A program made the translations under genes and the position numbers. This document shows positions 1 through 11,610 of a stretch of DNA of 64,000 nt, piece after piece; position 1 is the first letter of the stretch; each line of letters begins with the position of its first letter. The DNA is taken from the NCBI RefSeq assembly GCF_055900595.2, contig NZ_CM148325.1, one strand, 5' to 3'. The notes under the pieces are model-generated. The model had not been told where the DNA came from and did no database searches. It saw only the letters and a list, made by a program, of their open reading frames with translations.

Positions 1-184
1 AGAGAATAAAGCGGTCGCGATCATACCAGGTTGGATCGGTGGGGTTATGTTTAAGAAAATCGTTCCACAGCACTTCGGCAATATCAGCCATGCCCATCGG
101 CGCGCCGGGATGACCAGAATTGGCTTTTTGTACCGCATCCATACTGAGCGCGCGAATCGCATTGGCAAGGTCTTTTCGGGACAT
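1..184 (-). CDS. tktB: transketolase 2, N-terminal fragment (gene continues past window start)
   Basis: Reverse complement of 1-184 translates [43 protein letters not shown]..., the recalled TktB N-terminus; ATG at 182-184; sits 19 bp downstream of talA as in the talA-tktB operon. Confidence 0.9.
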   Translation of the reverse strand, partial: MSRKDLANAIRALSMDAVQKANSGHPGAPMGMADIAEVLWNDFLKHNPTDPTWYDRDRFIL

Positions 185-203
185 ATAACACTCCGTGGCT
201 GGT

Positions 204-1154
204 TTATAGTTTGACGGCAAGAAGATCTTCCAGTTTGCGTTGATCAACGGCGAACAGGCGGATGCCTTCAGAGAGTTTTTCTACCGCCATTGCATCCTGA
301 TTGTGCTCCCAACGGAACTCCGCTTCGCTCATCGGGGCTGGGCGTGGGAACGTCTGAGAAGGCGGGATTAATTTACGCACTACTGGAGAAACTTTTTCCT
401 GCAGCTCCTTCAGCAAATTCGGCGCAATAGTCAGTCGATCGCAGCCGGTTAAGGCGAGGATTTGTTCGGTGCGACGGAAGCTCGCGCCCATTACAATGGT
501 TTCGTAGTGGTGTTGCTTATAGTAGTCGTAGATATTGCGCACTGACTTAACGCCCGGATCTTCTTCCACCACATACGGGTCCATCGGCTTACGCGCCTGA
601 TACCAGTCATAAATACGCCCGACAAACGGCGAAATCAGAAAAACGCCTGCTTCTGCACAGGCCCGCGCCTGAGCAAAAGAAAACAGTAGCGTCAGGTTGC
701 AGTTAATACCTTCTTTTTCCAGTTCTTCTGCCGCGCGAATTCCTTCCCAGGTTGAAGCCAGCTTGATCAGAATACGTGATTTCTCAACGCCTTGTTGCTG
801 ATACAAGTCCACCAAATGGCGCGCCTTCTCAATACTTTTTTCTTTATCAAAAGAGAGGCGTGCATCAACTTCTGTTGACACGCGACCGGGTACGATTTTG
901 AGAATTTCAGTACCGAAATTGACCGCCAGTTTGTCACATGCAGCGACCACCTGTTGTTCCTGGGTCTTGCCATTTTTTTTACCCCAGGCGATAGCATCGT
1001 CTATTAAATGCTCATATTGTGATAATCCGGCAGCCTTGAGTAACAGCGAAGGATTGGTGGTGGCATCCTGGGGATGATAATGGCGAATGGACTCAATATC
1101 GCCGCTGTCTGCCACGACAGTGGTGAACTGTTTGATGCCGTCTAACTCGTTCAT
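204..1154 (-). CDS. talA: transaldolase A
   Basis: 316-aa ORF in track; transaldolase sequence; position upstream of tktB and divergent from maeB. Confidence 0.93.
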   Translation of the reverse strand: MNELDGIKQFTTVVADSGDIESIRHYHPQDATTNPSLLLKAAGLSQYEHLIDDAIAWGKKNGKTQEQQVVAACDKLAVNFGTEILKIVPGRVSTEVDARLSFDKEKSIEKARHLVDLYQQQGVEKSRILIKLASTWEGIRAAEELEKEGINCNLTLLFSFAQARACAEAGVFLISPFVGRIYDWYQARKPMDPYVVEEDPGVKSVRNIYDYYKQHHYETIVMGASFRRTEQILALTGCDRLTIAPNLLKELQEKVSPVVRKLIPPSQTFPRPAPMSEAEFRWEHNQDAMAVEKLSEGIRLFAVDQRKLEDLLAVKL

Positions 1155-1442
1155 AGGAAATACTCCTTGAAAAGTAAAGTGTTAGATGAGTGCGTTAATT
1201 CACACTTCTGAGAAATTTCGCTAAACGCATCAAAAAAGCATAGCAGACAGGCATGGTATTGCTGGATTAAGCAGGTAACATCAGTGTTATAGGATTATTA
1301 CCAAAACATTATATTAATGGTGAGAGTTTGGACTTGCTCAAAGTCTGTAGACTCCGGCAAGGTAATAATGTGCGCCACGTTGTGGGCAGGGGCTGTTGCC
1401 CACACACTTTATTTGTGAACGTTACGTGAAAGGAACAACCAA

Positions 1443-3722
1443 ATGGATGACCAGTTAAAACAAAGTGCACTTGATTTCCATGAATTTCCAGTTCCAGGGA
1501 AAATCCAGGTTTCTCCAACCAAGCCTCTGGCAACGCAGCGCGATCTGGCGCTGGCCTACTCACCAGGCGTTGCCGCACCTTGTCTAGAAATCGAAAAAGA
1601 CCCGTTAAAAGCCTACAAATATACCGCTCGTGGTAACCTGGTGGCGGTGATCTCTAACGGTACGGCGGTGCTGGGGTTAGGCAACATTGGCGCGCTGGCA
1701 GGCAAACCGGTGATGGAAGGCAAGGGCGTTCTGTTTAAGAAATTCGCCGGGATTGATGTATTTGACATTGAAGTTGATGAACTTGACCCGGACAAATTTA
1801 TTGAAGTTGTCGCTGCGCTCGAACCGACCTTCGGCGGCATCAACCTCGAAGACATTAAAGCGCCAGAATGTTTCTATATTGAACAGAAACTGCGCGAGCG
1901 GATGAATATTCCAGTATTCCACGACGATCAGCACGGCACGGCAATTATCAGCACTGCAGCCATCCTCAACGGATTGCGCGTGGTGGAGAAAAACATCTCC
2001 GACGTGCGGATGGTGGTTTCCGGCGCGGGTGCAGCAGCAATTGCCTGTATGAACCTGCTGGTGGCGCTGGGGCTGCAAAAACATAACATCGTGGTTTGTG
2101 ATTCAAAAGGCGTTATCTATCAGGGCCGTGAGCCAAATATGGCGGAAACCAAAGCCGCATATGCGGTGGTAGATGACGGCAAACGTACCCTCGATGATGT
2201 AATTGAAGGCGCGGATATTTTCCTGGGCTGTTCCGGCCCGAAAGTGCTGACCCAGGAAATGGTTAAGAAAATGGCTCGTGCGCCGATGATCCTGGCGCTT
2301 GCGAACCCGGAACCAGAAATTCTGCCGCCGCTGGCGAAAGAAGTGCGTCCGGATGCCATCATCTGTACCGGCCGTTCCGACTACCCGAACCAGGTTAATA
2401 ACGTGCTTTGCTTCCCATTCATCTTCCGTGGCGCGTTGGACGTTGGTGCAACAGCCATCAACGAGGAAATGAAACTGGCGGCGGTACGCGCGATTGCAGA
2501 ACTGGCCCATGCGGAACAGAGCGAAGTCGTTGCTTCGGCGTATGGCGATCAAGATCTGAGCTTCGGCCCGGAATACATCATTCCAAAACCGTTTGATCCG
2601 CGTTTGATCGTTAAGATCGCTCCTGCGGTCGCTAAAGCGGCGATGGAGTCGGGCGTGGCGACGCGTCCGATTGCTGATTTCGACGTCTACATCGACAAGC
2701 TGACTGAGTTCGTTTACAAAACCAACCTGTTTATGAAGCCGATTTTCTCCCAGGCCCGCAAAGCGCCGAAGCGCGTTGTTTTACCGGAAGGGGAAGAGGC
2801 ACGCGTTCTGCATGCTACTCAGGAACTGGTGACGCTGGGACTGGCGAAACCGATCCTTATCGGTCGTCCGAACGTGATCGAAATGCGCATTCAAAAACTG
2901 GGCTTGCAGATCAAAGCGGGCGTTGATTTTGAGATCGTCAATAACGAATCCGATCCGCGTTTTAAAGAATACTGGACCGAATACTTCCAGATCATGAAGC
3001 GCCGTGGTGTAACTCAGGAGCAGGCACAGCGGGCACTGATCAGTAACCCGACAGTGATCGGCGCGATCATGGTTCAGCGTGGCGAAGCCGATGCAATGAT
3101 TTGCGGTACGGTGGGCGATTATCATGAACACTTCAGCGTGGTGAAAAATGTCTTTGGTTATCGCGATGGCGTTCACACCGCAGGCGCAATGAACGCGCTG
3201 CTATTGCCGAGTGGTAACACTTTTATTGCCGATACCTACGTCAATGACGAGCCAGACGCAGAAGAGTTGGCGGAGATCACCTTGATGGCGGCAGAAACTG
3301 TTCGTCGTTTTGGTATTGAGCCGCGTGTGGCTCTGTTGTCACACTCCAACTTTGGTTCTTCTGACTGCCCGTCGTCGAGCAAAATGCGTCAAGCGCTGGA
3401 ACTGGTCAGGGAGCGTGCGCCAGAACTGATGATTGATGGTGAAATGCACGGCGATGCAGCGCTGGTGGAAGCGATTCGCAGCGATCGTATGCCGGACAGC
3501 CCTTTGAAAGGTTCCGCCAATATTCTGGTGATGCCGAACATGGAAGCTGCCCGTATTAGTTACAACTTACTGCGCGTTTCCAGCTCGGAAGGTGTGACTG
3601 TCGGTCCGGTGCTGATGGGTGTGGCGAAACCGGTTCACGTGTTAACACCAATCGCATCCGTACGTCGTATCGTCAACATGGTGGCGCTGGCCGTGGTTGA
3701 AGCGCAAACCCAACCGCTGTAA
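1443..3722 (+). CDS. maeB: NADP-dependent malic enzyme (malic enzyme domain fused to PTA-like domain)
   Basis: 759-aa ORF; N-terminal malic-enzyme and C-terminal phosphotransacetylase-like regions; K-12 synteny. Confidence 0.93.
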   Translation: MDDQLKQSALDFHEFPVPGKIQVSPTKPLATQRDLALAYSPGVAAPCLEIEKDPLKAYKYTARGNLVAVISNGTAVLGLGNIGALAGKPVMEGKGVLFKKFAGIDVFDIEVDELDPDKFIEVVAALEPTFGGINLEDIKAPECFYIEQKLRERMNIPVFHDDQHGTAIISTAAILNGLRVVEKNISDVRMVVSGAGAAAIACMNLLVALGLQKHNIVVCDSKGVIYQGREPNMAETKAAYAVVDDGKRTLDDVIEGADIFLGCSGPKVLTQEMVKKMARAPMILALANPEPEILPPLAKEVRPDAIICTGRSDYPNQVNNVLCFPFIFRGALDVGATAINEEMKLAAVRAIAELAHAEQSEVVASAYGDQDLSFGPEYIIPKPFDPRLIVKIAPAVAKAAMESGVATRPIADFDVYIDKLTEFVYKTNLFMKPIFSQARKAPKRVVLPEGEEARVLHATQELVTLGLAKPILIGRPNVIEMRIQKLGLQIKAGVDFEIVNNESDPRFKEYWTEYFQIMKRRGVTQEQAQRALISNPTVIGAIMVQRGEADAMICGTVGDYHEHFSVVKNVFGYRDGVHTAGAMNALLLPSGNTFIADTYVNDEPDAEELAEITLMAAETVRRFGIEPRVALLSHSNFGSSDCPSSSKMRQALELVRERAPELMIDGEMHGDAALVEAIRSDRMPDSPLKGSANILVMPNMEAARISYNLLRVSSSEGVTVGPVLMGVAKPVHVLTPIASVRRIVNMVALAVVEAQTQPL

Positions 3723-3740
3723 TTCATTCTTAACTCTCAC

Positions 3741-3775
3741 GCTTACCCTGAATATTCAGGGTAAGCGGTTTTACT
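3741..3775 (+). terminator. rho-independent terminator downstream of maeB
   Basis: Inverted repeat cgcttaccctg-aatatt-cagggtaagcg followed by a T-run, 19 bp after the maeB stop. Confidence 0.6.
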
Positions 3776-4013
3776 GCAATATATTAGTAAAGCTTATTAC
3801 TAAGTTTTCGAGTAATAAAAAAGCAGCATATAAACTATCTCGATATTATTTTATTTATATTCATGCGTTGCATATGAAAGTTTATGCATCACAGTAAATA
3901 TCTCTCCATTCTTAGTGATCTACCTCACCTTTTAAACGCGCTTGCCGAATTTTGTTATTTACTCTGACGAAAAATTGTCACGATACACGCAAGTTTTTCA
4001 CAGGCGGCGACTC

Positions 4014-4349
4014 ATGGATAAAGAACGCATCATTCAGGAATTTGTGCCCGGCAAACAGGTCACACTGGCGCATCTCATCGCGCATCCCGGCGAGGAACTG
4101 GCGAAGAAAATCGGCGTTCCGGATGCGGGCGCAATCGGCATTATGACGCTAACACCCGGCGAAACGGCGATGATCGCCGGTGATTTAGCGCTGAAAGCCG
4201 CCGATGTGCATATCGGTTTTCTCGACCGTTTTAGCGGCGCGCTGGTGATTTATGGCTCGGTGGGTGCAGTAGAAGAAGCGTTATCACAAACCGTCAGTGG
4301 TTTAGGTCGCTTATTAAATTATACGCTGTGTGAAATGACCAAAAGTTAA
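4014..4349 (+). CDS. eutS: ethanolamine utilisation microcompartment shell protein EutS
   Basis: Internal ATG of track ORF 3942-4349; product [15 protein letters not shown]... (111 aa), BMC shell family; first gene of eut operon. Confidence 0.88.
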
Positions 4350-4361
4350 TACGAGGCATTC

Positions 4362-4841
4362 ATGAAACGAATTGCGTTTGTGGGTACCGTCGGGGCAGGA
4401 AAAACAACGTTATTTAATGCGTTGCAGGGGAATTATACCCTCGCCAGAAAAACACAGGCCGTGGAATTTAATGATAAGGGCGATATTGATACGCCGGGTG
4501 AATATTTTAGCCATCCCCGCTGGTATCACGCCTTAATTACCACGCTACAGGATGTGGACATGCTGATTTATGTCCACGGCGCGAATGACCCGGAAAGCCG
4601 ATTGCCTGCCGGGTTGCTGGATATTGGTGCCAGCAAACGGCAAATCGCCGTCATCAGTAAAACGGACATGCCGGATGCTGACGTCGCAGCAACGCGAAAG
4701 TTATTGCTTGAAACTGGTTTTGAAGAGCCGATTTTCGAGCTAAACAGCCACGACCCGCAAAGCGTGCAGCAACTGGTGAATTATCTGGCATCTCTCACCG
4801 AACAGGAGGAAGCAGGTGAAAAAACTCATCACAGCGAATGA
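4362..4841 (+). CDS. eutP: ethanolamine utilisation GTPase/acetate kinase-like protein EutP
   Basis: 159-aa ORF with P-loop GTVGAGKTT; operon position. Confidence 0.9.
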   Translation: MKRIAFVGTVGAGKTTLFNALQGNYTLARKTQAVEFNDKGDIDTPGEYFSHPRWYHALITTLQDVDMLIYVHGANDPESRLPAGLLDIGASKRQIAVISKTDMPDADVAATRKLLLETGFEEPIFELNSHDPQSVQQLVNYLASLTEQEEAGEKTHHSE

Positions 4842-5517
4842 TATTCGTGAAGCACATGCGCGCGGCGAACAGGCAATGTCTGTGGTTCTGCGCGCCAGCA
4901 TTATTACCCCGGAAGCCCGCGAAGTGGCGGACTTGTTGGGGTTTACCATCACCGAATGCACTGAATCGACGCCAGTAGCGGCATCTGTTCCCGTCAGCGT
5001 GCCTGCCGATAAAACTGAAAGCCAGCGTATCCGCGAAACCATCATCGCCCAGCTGCCGGAAGGCCAGTTTACCGAAAGCCTGGTCGCGCAGCTGATGGAA
5101 AAAGTGATGAAGGAAAAACAGTCGCTGGAGCAGGGGGCAATGCAGCCGAGTTTTAAATCGGTGACCGGCAAAGGCGGCATCAAAGTTATTGATGGCAGCA
5201 GCGTGAAGTTTGGTCGTTTCGATGGCGCGGAACCGCACTGCGTAGGCTTGACTGATCTCGTGACCGGAGACGACGGCAGCAGCATGGCCGCCGGTTTTAT
5301 GCAGTGGGAGAACGCCTTCTTCCCGTGGACCCTGAACTACGACGAAATCGACATGGTACTGGAAGGGGAGCTTCATGTTCGCCATGAAGGCGAAACCATG
5401 ATCGCTAAAGCAGGCGACGTGATGTTTATCCCGAAAGGTTCCAGCATCGAATTTGGTACGACATCCAGTGTGAAATTCCTGTATGTCGCCTGGCCGGCTA
5501 ACTGGCAATCCCTATGA
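4816..5517 (+). CDS. eutQ: ethanolamine utilisation cupin protein EutQ
   Basis: 233-aa ORF; overlaps eutP 3' end by 26 nt; operon position. Confidence 0.9.
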   Translation: MKKLITANDIREAHARGEQAMSVVLRASIITPEAREVADLLGFTITECTESTPVAASVPVSVPADKTESQRIRETIIAQLPEGQFTESLVAQLMEKVMKEKQSLEQGAMQPSFKSVTGKGGIKVIDGSSVKFGRFDGAEPHCVGLTDLVTGDDGSSMAAGFMQWENAFFPWTLNYDEIDMVLEGELHVRHEGETMIAKAGDVMFIPKGSSIEFGTTSSVKFLYVAWPANWQSL

Positions 5518-6317
5518 AAGATTTCATCACCGAAGCATGGCTAAGAGCGAACCATACGCTCAGCGAAGGCGCAGAGATCCATCTCCCTGCGGACAGTCGC
5601 CTGACGCCCTCTGCCCGGGAGTTACTGGAAAGCCGCCATCTGCGCATCAAGTTTATTGACGAGCAGGGCCGCCTGTTTGTTGACGATGAACAGCAGCAGC
5701 TACAGCCCGTTCACGTGCTGACCAGTAGTGATGAACATCCGCAGGCGTGCTGCGAACTGTGTCACCAGCCAGTGGCGAAAAAGCCGGACACGCTGACTCA
5801 CCTGTCGGCGGAAAAAATGGTCGCCAAAAGCGATCCGCGCCTGGGTTTTCGCGCTGTTCTCGACAGCACCATTGCGCTGGTAGTGTGGCTGCAAATTGAG
5901 CTGACAGAACCGTGGCAGCCGTGGCTGGCGGATATCCGTTCGCGTCTTGGCAACATTATGCGTGCCGATGTGTTGGGCGAACCGATGGGCTGCCAGGCGA
6001 TTGTCGGGTTTTCTGACGAAGATCTGCATCGACTTTCTCACCAGCCACTGCGTTATCTCGACCACGATCATCTGGTGCCGGAAGCCAGCCACGGACGCGA
6101 TGCGGCGTTGCTGAATCTGCTACGCACCAAAGTGCGGGAAACCGAAACCGTCGCGGCGCAGGTGTTTATTACCCGTAGTTTTGAAGTATTACGCCCGGAC
6201 ATCTTGCAGGCGCTGAACCGCCTTTCCAGCACGGTTTACGTGATGATGATTTTGAGCGTAACGAAGCAGCCGCTAACGGTGAAGCAGATCCAACAACGAC
6301 TGGGGGAAACGCAATGA
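5514..6317 (+). CDS. eutT: ethanolamine utilisation corrinoid adenosyltransferase EutT
   Basis: 267-aa ORF; 4-nt overlap with eutQ; operon position. Confidence 0.9.
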   Translation: MKDFITEAWLRANHTLSEGAEIHLPADSRLTPSARELLESRHLRIKFIDEQGRLFVDDEQQQLQPVHVLTSSDEHPQACCELCHQPVAKKPDTLTHLSAEKMVAKSDPRLGFRAVLDSTIALVVWLQIELTEPWQPWLADIRSRLGNIMRADVLGEPMGCQAIVGFSDEDLHRLSHQPLRYLDHDHLVPEASHGRDAALLNLLRTKVRETETVAAQVFITRSFEVLRPDILQALNRLSSTVYVMMILSVTKQPLTVKQIQQRLGETQ

Positions 6318-7330
6318 TTATTGAACGTTGTCGTGAACTGGCGTTGCGAGCGCCCGCCAGAGTGGTTTTTCCTGATGCGTTAGACCAACGCGTGCTGAAA
6401 GCTGCGCAATATTTACATCAACAAGGTCTGGCAACGCCCATTCTGGTCGCCAATCCGTTTGAACTTCGTCAGTTTGCGCTCAGTCACGGCGTGGCGATGG
6501 ACGGGCTACAGGTGATAGATCCGCATGGCAACCTCGCAATGCGGGAAGAATTTGCTCTCCGCTGGCTGGCCCGTGCGGGCGAAAAAACGCCGCCGGATGC
6601 GCTGGAAAAACTCACCGATCCGCTGATGTTCGCTGCCGCAATGGTCAGCGCCGGGACAGCGGATGTCTGTATCGCGGGCAATCTCTCTTCCACGGCAAAT
6701 GTGCTGCGTGCCGGATTACGCATTATTGGCTTACAGCCAGGCTGTAAAACGCTCTCCTCCATTTTCCTGATGCTGCCACAGTACAGTGGCCCCGCGTTGG
6801 GCTTTGCCGATTGCAGCGTAGTGCCACAGCCGACGGCGGCACAACTGGCGGATATCGCGCTTGCCAGCGCCGAAACCTGGCGAGCCATCACCGGAGAAGA
6901 GCCGCGCGTGGCGATGTTGTCGTTCTCCAGTAACGGCAGCGCCCGTCACCCCTGCGTTGCCAACGTGCAGCAAGCGACAGAAATCGTCCGTGAGCGCGCA
7001 CCGCAGCTGGTCGTCGATGGCGAGTTGCAGTTTGACGCCGCCTTTGTGCCAGAAGTGGCGGCGCAAAAAGCGCCAGCCAGCCCGCTACAGGGCAAAGCCA
7101 ATGTGATGGTTTTTCCGTCGCTGGAGGCGGGAAATATTGGCTACAAAATCGCACAACGACTTGGCGGATATCGTGCCGTCGGGCCATTGATACAAGGACT
7201 TGCCGCGCCGATGCACGATCTCTCTCGTGGTTGTAGCGTGCAGGAAATTATCGAGCTGGCGCTGGTGGCAGCTGTGCCGCGTCAGACAGAAGTGAACCGC
7301 GAAAGCAGTTTACAAACACTGGTTGAATGA
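6314..7330 (+). CDS. eutD: ethanolamine utilisation phosphotransacetylase EutD
   Basis: 338-aa PTA-family ORF; 4-nt overlap with eutT. Confidence 0.9.
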   Translation: MIIERCRELALRAPARVVFPDALDQRVLKAAQYLHQQGLATPILVANPFELRQFALSHGVAMDGLQVIDPHGNLAMREEFALRWLARAGEKTPPDALEKLTDPLMFAAAMVSAGTADVCIAGNLSSTANVLRAGLRIIGLQPGCKTLSSIFLMLPQYSGPALGFADCSVVPQPTAAQLADIALASAETWRAITGEEPRVAMLSFSSNGSARHPCVANVQQATEIVRERAPQLVVDGELQFDAAFVPEVAAQKAPASPLQGKANVMVFPSLEAGNIGYKIAQRLGGYRAVGPLIQGLAAPMHDLSRGCSVQEIIELALVAAVPRQTEVNRESSLQTLVE

Positions 7331-7368
7331 ACGGTCCCGTTCTGGACCCTGATAAAGAGGAAAGCACA

Positions 7369-7662
7369 ATGGAAGCATTAGGAATGATCGAAACCCGGGG
7401 CCTGGTTGCACTGATTGAGGCTTCTGATGCGATGGTGAAAGCTGCGCGCGTCAAACTGGTTGGTGTTAAGCAGATTGGTGGCGGCCTGTGTACTGCCATG
7501 GTTCGCGGTGATGTTGCAGCCTGTAAAGCCGCGACCGATGCCGGTGCCGCAGCGGCACAGCGTATCGGTGAACTGGTATCCGTACATGTTATTCCGCGTC
7601 CGCACGGCGATCTGGAAGAGGTCTTCCCGATCGGCCTGAAAGGCGATAGCAGCAACCTGTAA
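7369..7662 (+). CDS. eutM: microcompartment shell protein EutM (BMC-H)
   Basis: Internal ATG of ORF 7327-7662; product [28 protein letters not shown]... (97 aa). Confidence 0.9.
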   Translation: MEALGMIETRGLVALIEASDAMVKAARVKLVGVKQIGGGLCTAMVRGDVAACKAATDAGAAAAQRIGELVSVHVIPRPHGDLEEVFPIGLKGDSSNL

Positions 7663-7767
7663 TCACCCTGTGTGACGTCGATCCGGGCGTCACGCTCTCT
7701 CCGTTTTCTTTTACCTTCCGCGGAGGGTAAGGAGAGCTTTTACCTGAAATACGCCACGGAGGCGGGT

Positions 7768-8055
7768 ATGAAACTGGCAGTCGTCACAGGACAAATTGTT
7801 TGTACCGTACGCCATCACGGACTGGCGCATGACAAATTGCTGATGGTGGAAATGATTGATCCACAAGGTAATCCTGATGGGCAATGTGCTGTCGCCATCG
7901 ACAATATTGGCGCGGGAACCGGGGAGTGGGTGTTGCTGGTGAGTGGCAGTTCCGCCCGCCAGGCGCATAAAAGCGAAACGTCACCGGTCGATCTGTGCGT
8001 AATTGGCATTGTCGATGAGGTGGTCTCTGGCGGTCAGGTAATTTTCCACAAATAA
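7768..8055 (+). CDS. eutN: microcompartment vertex protein EutN
   Basis: Internal ATG of ORF 7672-8055; product MKLAVVTGQIVCTVRHHGL... (95 aa). Confidence 0.88.
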   Translation: MKLAVVTGQIVCTVRHHGLAHDKLLMVEMIDPQGNPDGQCAVAIDNIGAGTGEWVLLVSGSSARQAHKSETSPVDLCVIGIVDEVVSGGQVIFHK

Positions 8056-8066
8056 GGCAGAACATC

Positions 8067-9470
8067 ATGAATCAACAGGATATTGAACAGGTGGTGAAAG
8101 CGGTACTGCTGAAAATGCAAAGCAGTGACACGTCGCCCGCCGCCGTTCATGAGATGGGCGTTTTTGCTTCCCTGGATGACGCCGTTGCGGCGGCCAAAAT
8201 TGCCCAGCAAGGGTTAAAAAGCGTGGCAATGCGCCAGTTAGCCATTGCTGCTATTCGTGAAGCAGGCGAAAAACACGCCAGAGATTTAGCGGAACTTGCC
8301 GTCAGTGAAACGGGTATGGGCCGCGTAGAAGATAAATTTGCCAAAAACGTCGCTCAGGCACGCGGTACGCCAGGCGTTGAGTGCCTCTCTCCACAGGTGC
8401 TGACCGGTGACAACGGCCTGACTTTAATTGAAAACGCGCCCTGGGGCGTGGTGGCTTCGGTGACGCCTTCCACTAACCCGGCGGCAACCGTAATTAATAA
8501 CGCCATCAGCCTGATTGCCGCGGGCAACAGCGTCATTTTTGCCCCGCATCCGGCGGCGAAAAAAGTCTCTCAACGGGCTATTACGTTGCTCAACCAGGCG
8601 ATTGTTGCCGCAGGCGGGCCGGAAAACTTACTGGTTACTGTGGCAAATCCAGATATCGAAACCGCGCAACGCTTATTCAAGTTTCCGGGCATCGGTCTGT
8701 TGGTGGTGACCGGCGGCGAAGCGGTGGTGGAAGCGGCGCGCAAACACACCAATAAACGTCTGATTGCCGCAGGTGCTGGCAACCCGCCGGTGGTGGTGGA
8801 TGAAACCGCCGACCTCGCCCGTGCCGCTCAGTCTATCGTCAAAGGCGCTTCTTTCGATAACAACATCATTTGTGCCGATGAAAAGGTACTGATTGTTGTT
8901 GATAGCGTAGCCGATGAACTGATGCGTCTGATGGAAGGCCAGCACGCGGTGAAACTGACCGCAGAACAGGCGCAGCGACTGCAACCGGTGTTGCTGAAAA
9001 ATATCGACGAGCGCGGAAAAGGCACCGTCAGCCGTGACTGGGTGGGGCGCGATGCGGCGAAAATCGCGGCGGCAATCGGCCTGAACGTGCCGCAAGAAAC
9101 GCGCTTGCTGTTTGTAGAAACCACCGAAGAACATCCGTTTGCCGTAACCGAATTGATGATGCCGGTGCTGCCGGTCGTGCGCGTCGCCAACGTGGAGGAT
9201 GCCATTGCGCTGGCGGTGAAACTGGAAGGCGGTTGCCACCACACGGCGGCAATGCACTCGCGCAATATCGAGAACATGAACCAAATGGCGAACGCCATTG
9301 ATACCAGTATTTTCGTTAAGAACGGACCGTGCATTGCCGGGCTGGGGCTGGGCGGGGAAGGCTGGACCACGATGACCATCACTACGCCAACCGGTGAAGG
9401 GGTAACCAGCGCGCGTACGTTTGTCCGTCTGCGTCGCTGTGTATTAGTCGATGCGTTTCGCATTGTTTAA
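8067..9470 (+). CDS. eutE: CoA-acylating acetaldehyde dehydrogenase EutE
   Basis: 467-aa aldehyde dehydrogenase family ORF; operon position. Confidence 0.92.
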   Translation: MNQQDIEQVVKAVLLKMQSSDTSPAAVHEMGVFASLDDAVAAAKIAQQGLKSVAMRQLAIAAIREAGEKHARDLAELAVSETGMGRVEDKFAKNVAQARGTPGVECLSPQVLTGDNGLTLIENAPWGVVASVTPSTNPAATVINNAISLIAAGNSVIFAPHPAAKKVSQRAITLLNQAIVAAGGPENLLVTVANPDIETAQRLFKFPGIGLLVVTGGEAVVEAARKHTNKRLIAAGAGNPPVVVDETADLARAAQSIVKGASFDNNIICADEKVLIVVDSVADELMRLMEGQHAVKLTAEQAQRLQPVLLKNIDERGKGTVSRDWVGRDAAKIAAAIGLNVPQETRLLFVETTEEHPFAVTELMMPVLPVVRVANVEDAIALAVKLEGGCHHTAAMHSRNIENMNQMANAIDTSIFVKNGPCIAGLGLGGEGWTTMTITTPTGEGVTSARTFVRLRRCVLVDAFRIV

Positions 9471-9480
9471 GGAGTAACCG

Positions 9481-10317
9481 ATGGCGCACGACGAACAATG
9501 GCTTACCCCGCGGCTGCAAACGGCGGCAACGCTGTGTAACCAGACGCCCGCCGCGTCGGAATCTCCGCTGTGGCTGGGGGTGGATCTGGGCACCTGCGAT
9601 GTGGTGTCGATGGTTGTCGACGGCGACGGTCAGCCGGTGGCGGTATGCCTCGACTGGGCCGATGTGGTCCGCGACGGCATCGTCTGGGATTTCTTCGGTG
9701 CTGTCACCATTGTTCGTCGCCATCTCGATACCCTTGAGCAGCAATTTGGTCGCCGTTTTAGCCATGCGGCGACCTCATTTCCTCCTGGTACGGACCCGCG
9801 TATTTCCATCAACGTGCTGGAGTCTGCCGGGCTGGAAGTGAGCCATGTGCTGGATGAGCCAACCGCAGTCGCGGATCTACTGCAACTGGATAACGCAGGC
9901 GTAGTGGATATTGGCGGCGGCACTACCGGAATTGCCATCGTGAAAAAGGGCAAGGTGACTTATTCAGCGGATGAAGCGACCGGCGGACATCACATTTCTC
10001 TGACTCTCGCCGGAAATCGCCGTATTTCGCTGGGAGAGGCAGAGCAGTACAAGCGCGGTCACGGTGACGAGATTTGGCCTGCGGTGAAGCCGGTGTACGA
10101 AAAAATGGCGGACATTGTTGCCCGACATATTGAAGGGCAGGGCATTACTGATTTATGGCTGGCGGGCGGCTCCTGTATGCAACCGGGCGTGGCGGAACTG
10201 TTTTGCAAACAATTCCCGGCGTTACAGGTGCATCTACCGCAGCACAGTTTGTTTATGACCCCGCTGGCGATCGCCAGTAGCGGGCGAGAGAAAGCGGAGG
10301 GGATCTATGCAAAATGA
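9481..10317 (+). CDS. eutJ: ethanolamine utilisation chaperone-like protein EutJ
   Basis: 278-aa ORF with actin/Hsp70-like ATPase motifs (DLGTCD, DIGGGTTG). Confidence 0.9.
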   Translation: MAHDEQWLTPRLQTAATLCNQTPAASESPLWLGVDLGTCDVVSMVVDGDGQPVAVCLDWADVVRDGIVWDFFGAVTIVRRHLDTLEQQFGRRFSHAATSFPPGTDPRISINVLESAGLEVSHVLDEPTAVADLLQLDNAGVVDIGGGTTGIAIVKKGKVTYSADEATGGHHISLTLAGNRRISLGEAEQYKRGHGDEIWPAVKPVYEKMADIVARHIEGQGITDLWLAGGSCMQPGVAELFCKQFPALQVHLPQHSLFMTPLAIASSGREKAEGIYAK

Positions 10318-11494
10318 ATTGCAGACCGCGCTCTTTCAGGCGTTCGATACCCTGAATCTGCAACGGGTAAAAACATTTAGCGTTCCACCGGTGACGCTTT
10401 GCGGCCCGGGCGCGGTGAGCAGTTGCGGACAGCAAGCACAAACGCGTGGGCTGAAACATCTGTTCGTGATGGCAGACAGCTTTTTGCATCAGGCGGGGAT
10501 GACCGCCGGGCTGACGCGCAGTCTGGCCGTTAAAGGCATCGCCATGACGCTCTGGCCATGTCCGGTGGGCGAACCGTGCATCACTGACGTGTGTGCCGCC
10601 GTGGCGCAACTGCGCGAATCAGGCTGTGACGGGGTGATCGCGTTTGGCGGTGGCTCGGTGCTGGATGCGGCAAAAGCCGTTGCGTTGCTGGTGACGAACC
10701 CCGACAGCACGCTGGCAGAAATGTCAGAAACCAGCGTTCTGCAACCGCGTCTGCCGCTGATTGCCATTCCAACTACCGCCGGAACCGGCTCTGAAACCAC
10801 CAATGTAACGGTGATTATCGACGCGGTGAGCGGGCGCAAGCAGGTGTTAGCACATGCCTCGTTGATGCCGGATGTGGCGATTCTCGATGCCGCGCTGACC
10901 GAAGGTGTGCCGTCGCATGTCACGGCAATGACCGGTATCGACGCGTTAACTCATGCCATTGAAGCGTACAGCGCGCTGAACGCTACACCGTTTACCGACA
11001 GTCTGGCGATTGGTGCCATTGCGATGATTGGCAAATCACTGCCGAAAGCAGTGGGCTACGGTCACGACCTTGCCGCGCGCGAGAGTATGTTGCTGGCTTC
11101 ATGCATGGCGGGAATGGCATTTTCCAGTGCCGGACTTGGGTTATGTCACGCGATGGCGCATCAGCCGGGGGCGGCGCTGCATATTCCGCACGGACTGGCG
11201 AACGCCATGCTGCTGCCCACGGTGATGGAGTTTAACCGGATGGTCTGTCGCGAACGCTTTAGTCAGATTGGTCGGGCGCTGCGAACTAAAAAATCCGACG
11301 ATCGTGATGCTATTAACGCGGTAAGTGAGCTGATTGCGGAAGTCGGGATTGGTAAACGACTGGGCGATGTTGGTGCGGCATCTGCGCATTACGGCGCATG
11401 GGCGCAGGCCGCGCTGGAAGATATTTGTCTGCGCAGCAACCCGCGTACCGCCAGCCTGGAGCAGATTGTCGGCTTGTACGCAGCGGCGCAATAA
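10307..11494 (+). CDS. eutG: iron-containing alcohol dehydrogenase EutG
   Basis: 395-aa Fe-ADH family ORF; overlaps eutJ by 11 nt. Confidence 0.9.
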   Translation: MQNELQTALFQAFDTLNLQRVKTFSVPPVTLCGPGAVSSCGQQAQTRGLKHLFVMADSFLHQAGMTAGLTRSLAVKGIAMTLWPCPVGEPCITDVCAAVAQLRESGCDGVIAFGGGSVLDAAKAVALLVTNPDSTLAEMSETSVLQPRLPLIAIPTTAGTGSETTNVTVIIDAVSGRKQVLAHASLMPDVAILDAALTEGVPSHVTAMTGIDALTHAIEAYSALNATPFTDSLAIGAIAMIGKSLPKAVGYGHDLAARESMLLASCMAGMAFSSAGLGLCHAMAHQPGAALHIPHGLANAMLLPTVMEFNRMVCRERFSQIGRALRTKKSDDRDAINAVSELIAEVGIGKRLGDVGAASAHYGAWAQAALEDICLRSNPRTASLEQIVGLYAAAQ

Positions 11495-11496
11495 AT

Positions 11497-11580
<84 letters not shown>

Positions 11581-11610
11581 ATAAATAACAACTAACAGGG
11601 AGTAAAGGCG

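Noticed and set aside
1309-1578. 89-aa minus-strand ORF in the talA-maeB divergent region
   Set aside because: Overlaps the maeB start and promoter region; no SD; not conserved to my knowledge
3697-3897. 66-aa plus-strand ORF in the maeB-eutS spacer
   Set aside because: Overlaps the maeB 3' end and terminator, lies in the AT-rich eut promoter region, K/I/Y-rich low-complexity translation; more likely regulatory DNA than coding
4795-5508. 237-aa minus-strand ORF (and many similar 60-285-aa ORFs at 8673-9284, 13044-13901, 31280-32008, 33820-34677, 45528-46169) lying antisense within eut, cys and ligA genes
   Set aside because: They fall entirely inside well-supported genes on the opposite strand; R/H/C-rich translations typical of shadow ORFs in GC-rich coding sequence; no SD or start context
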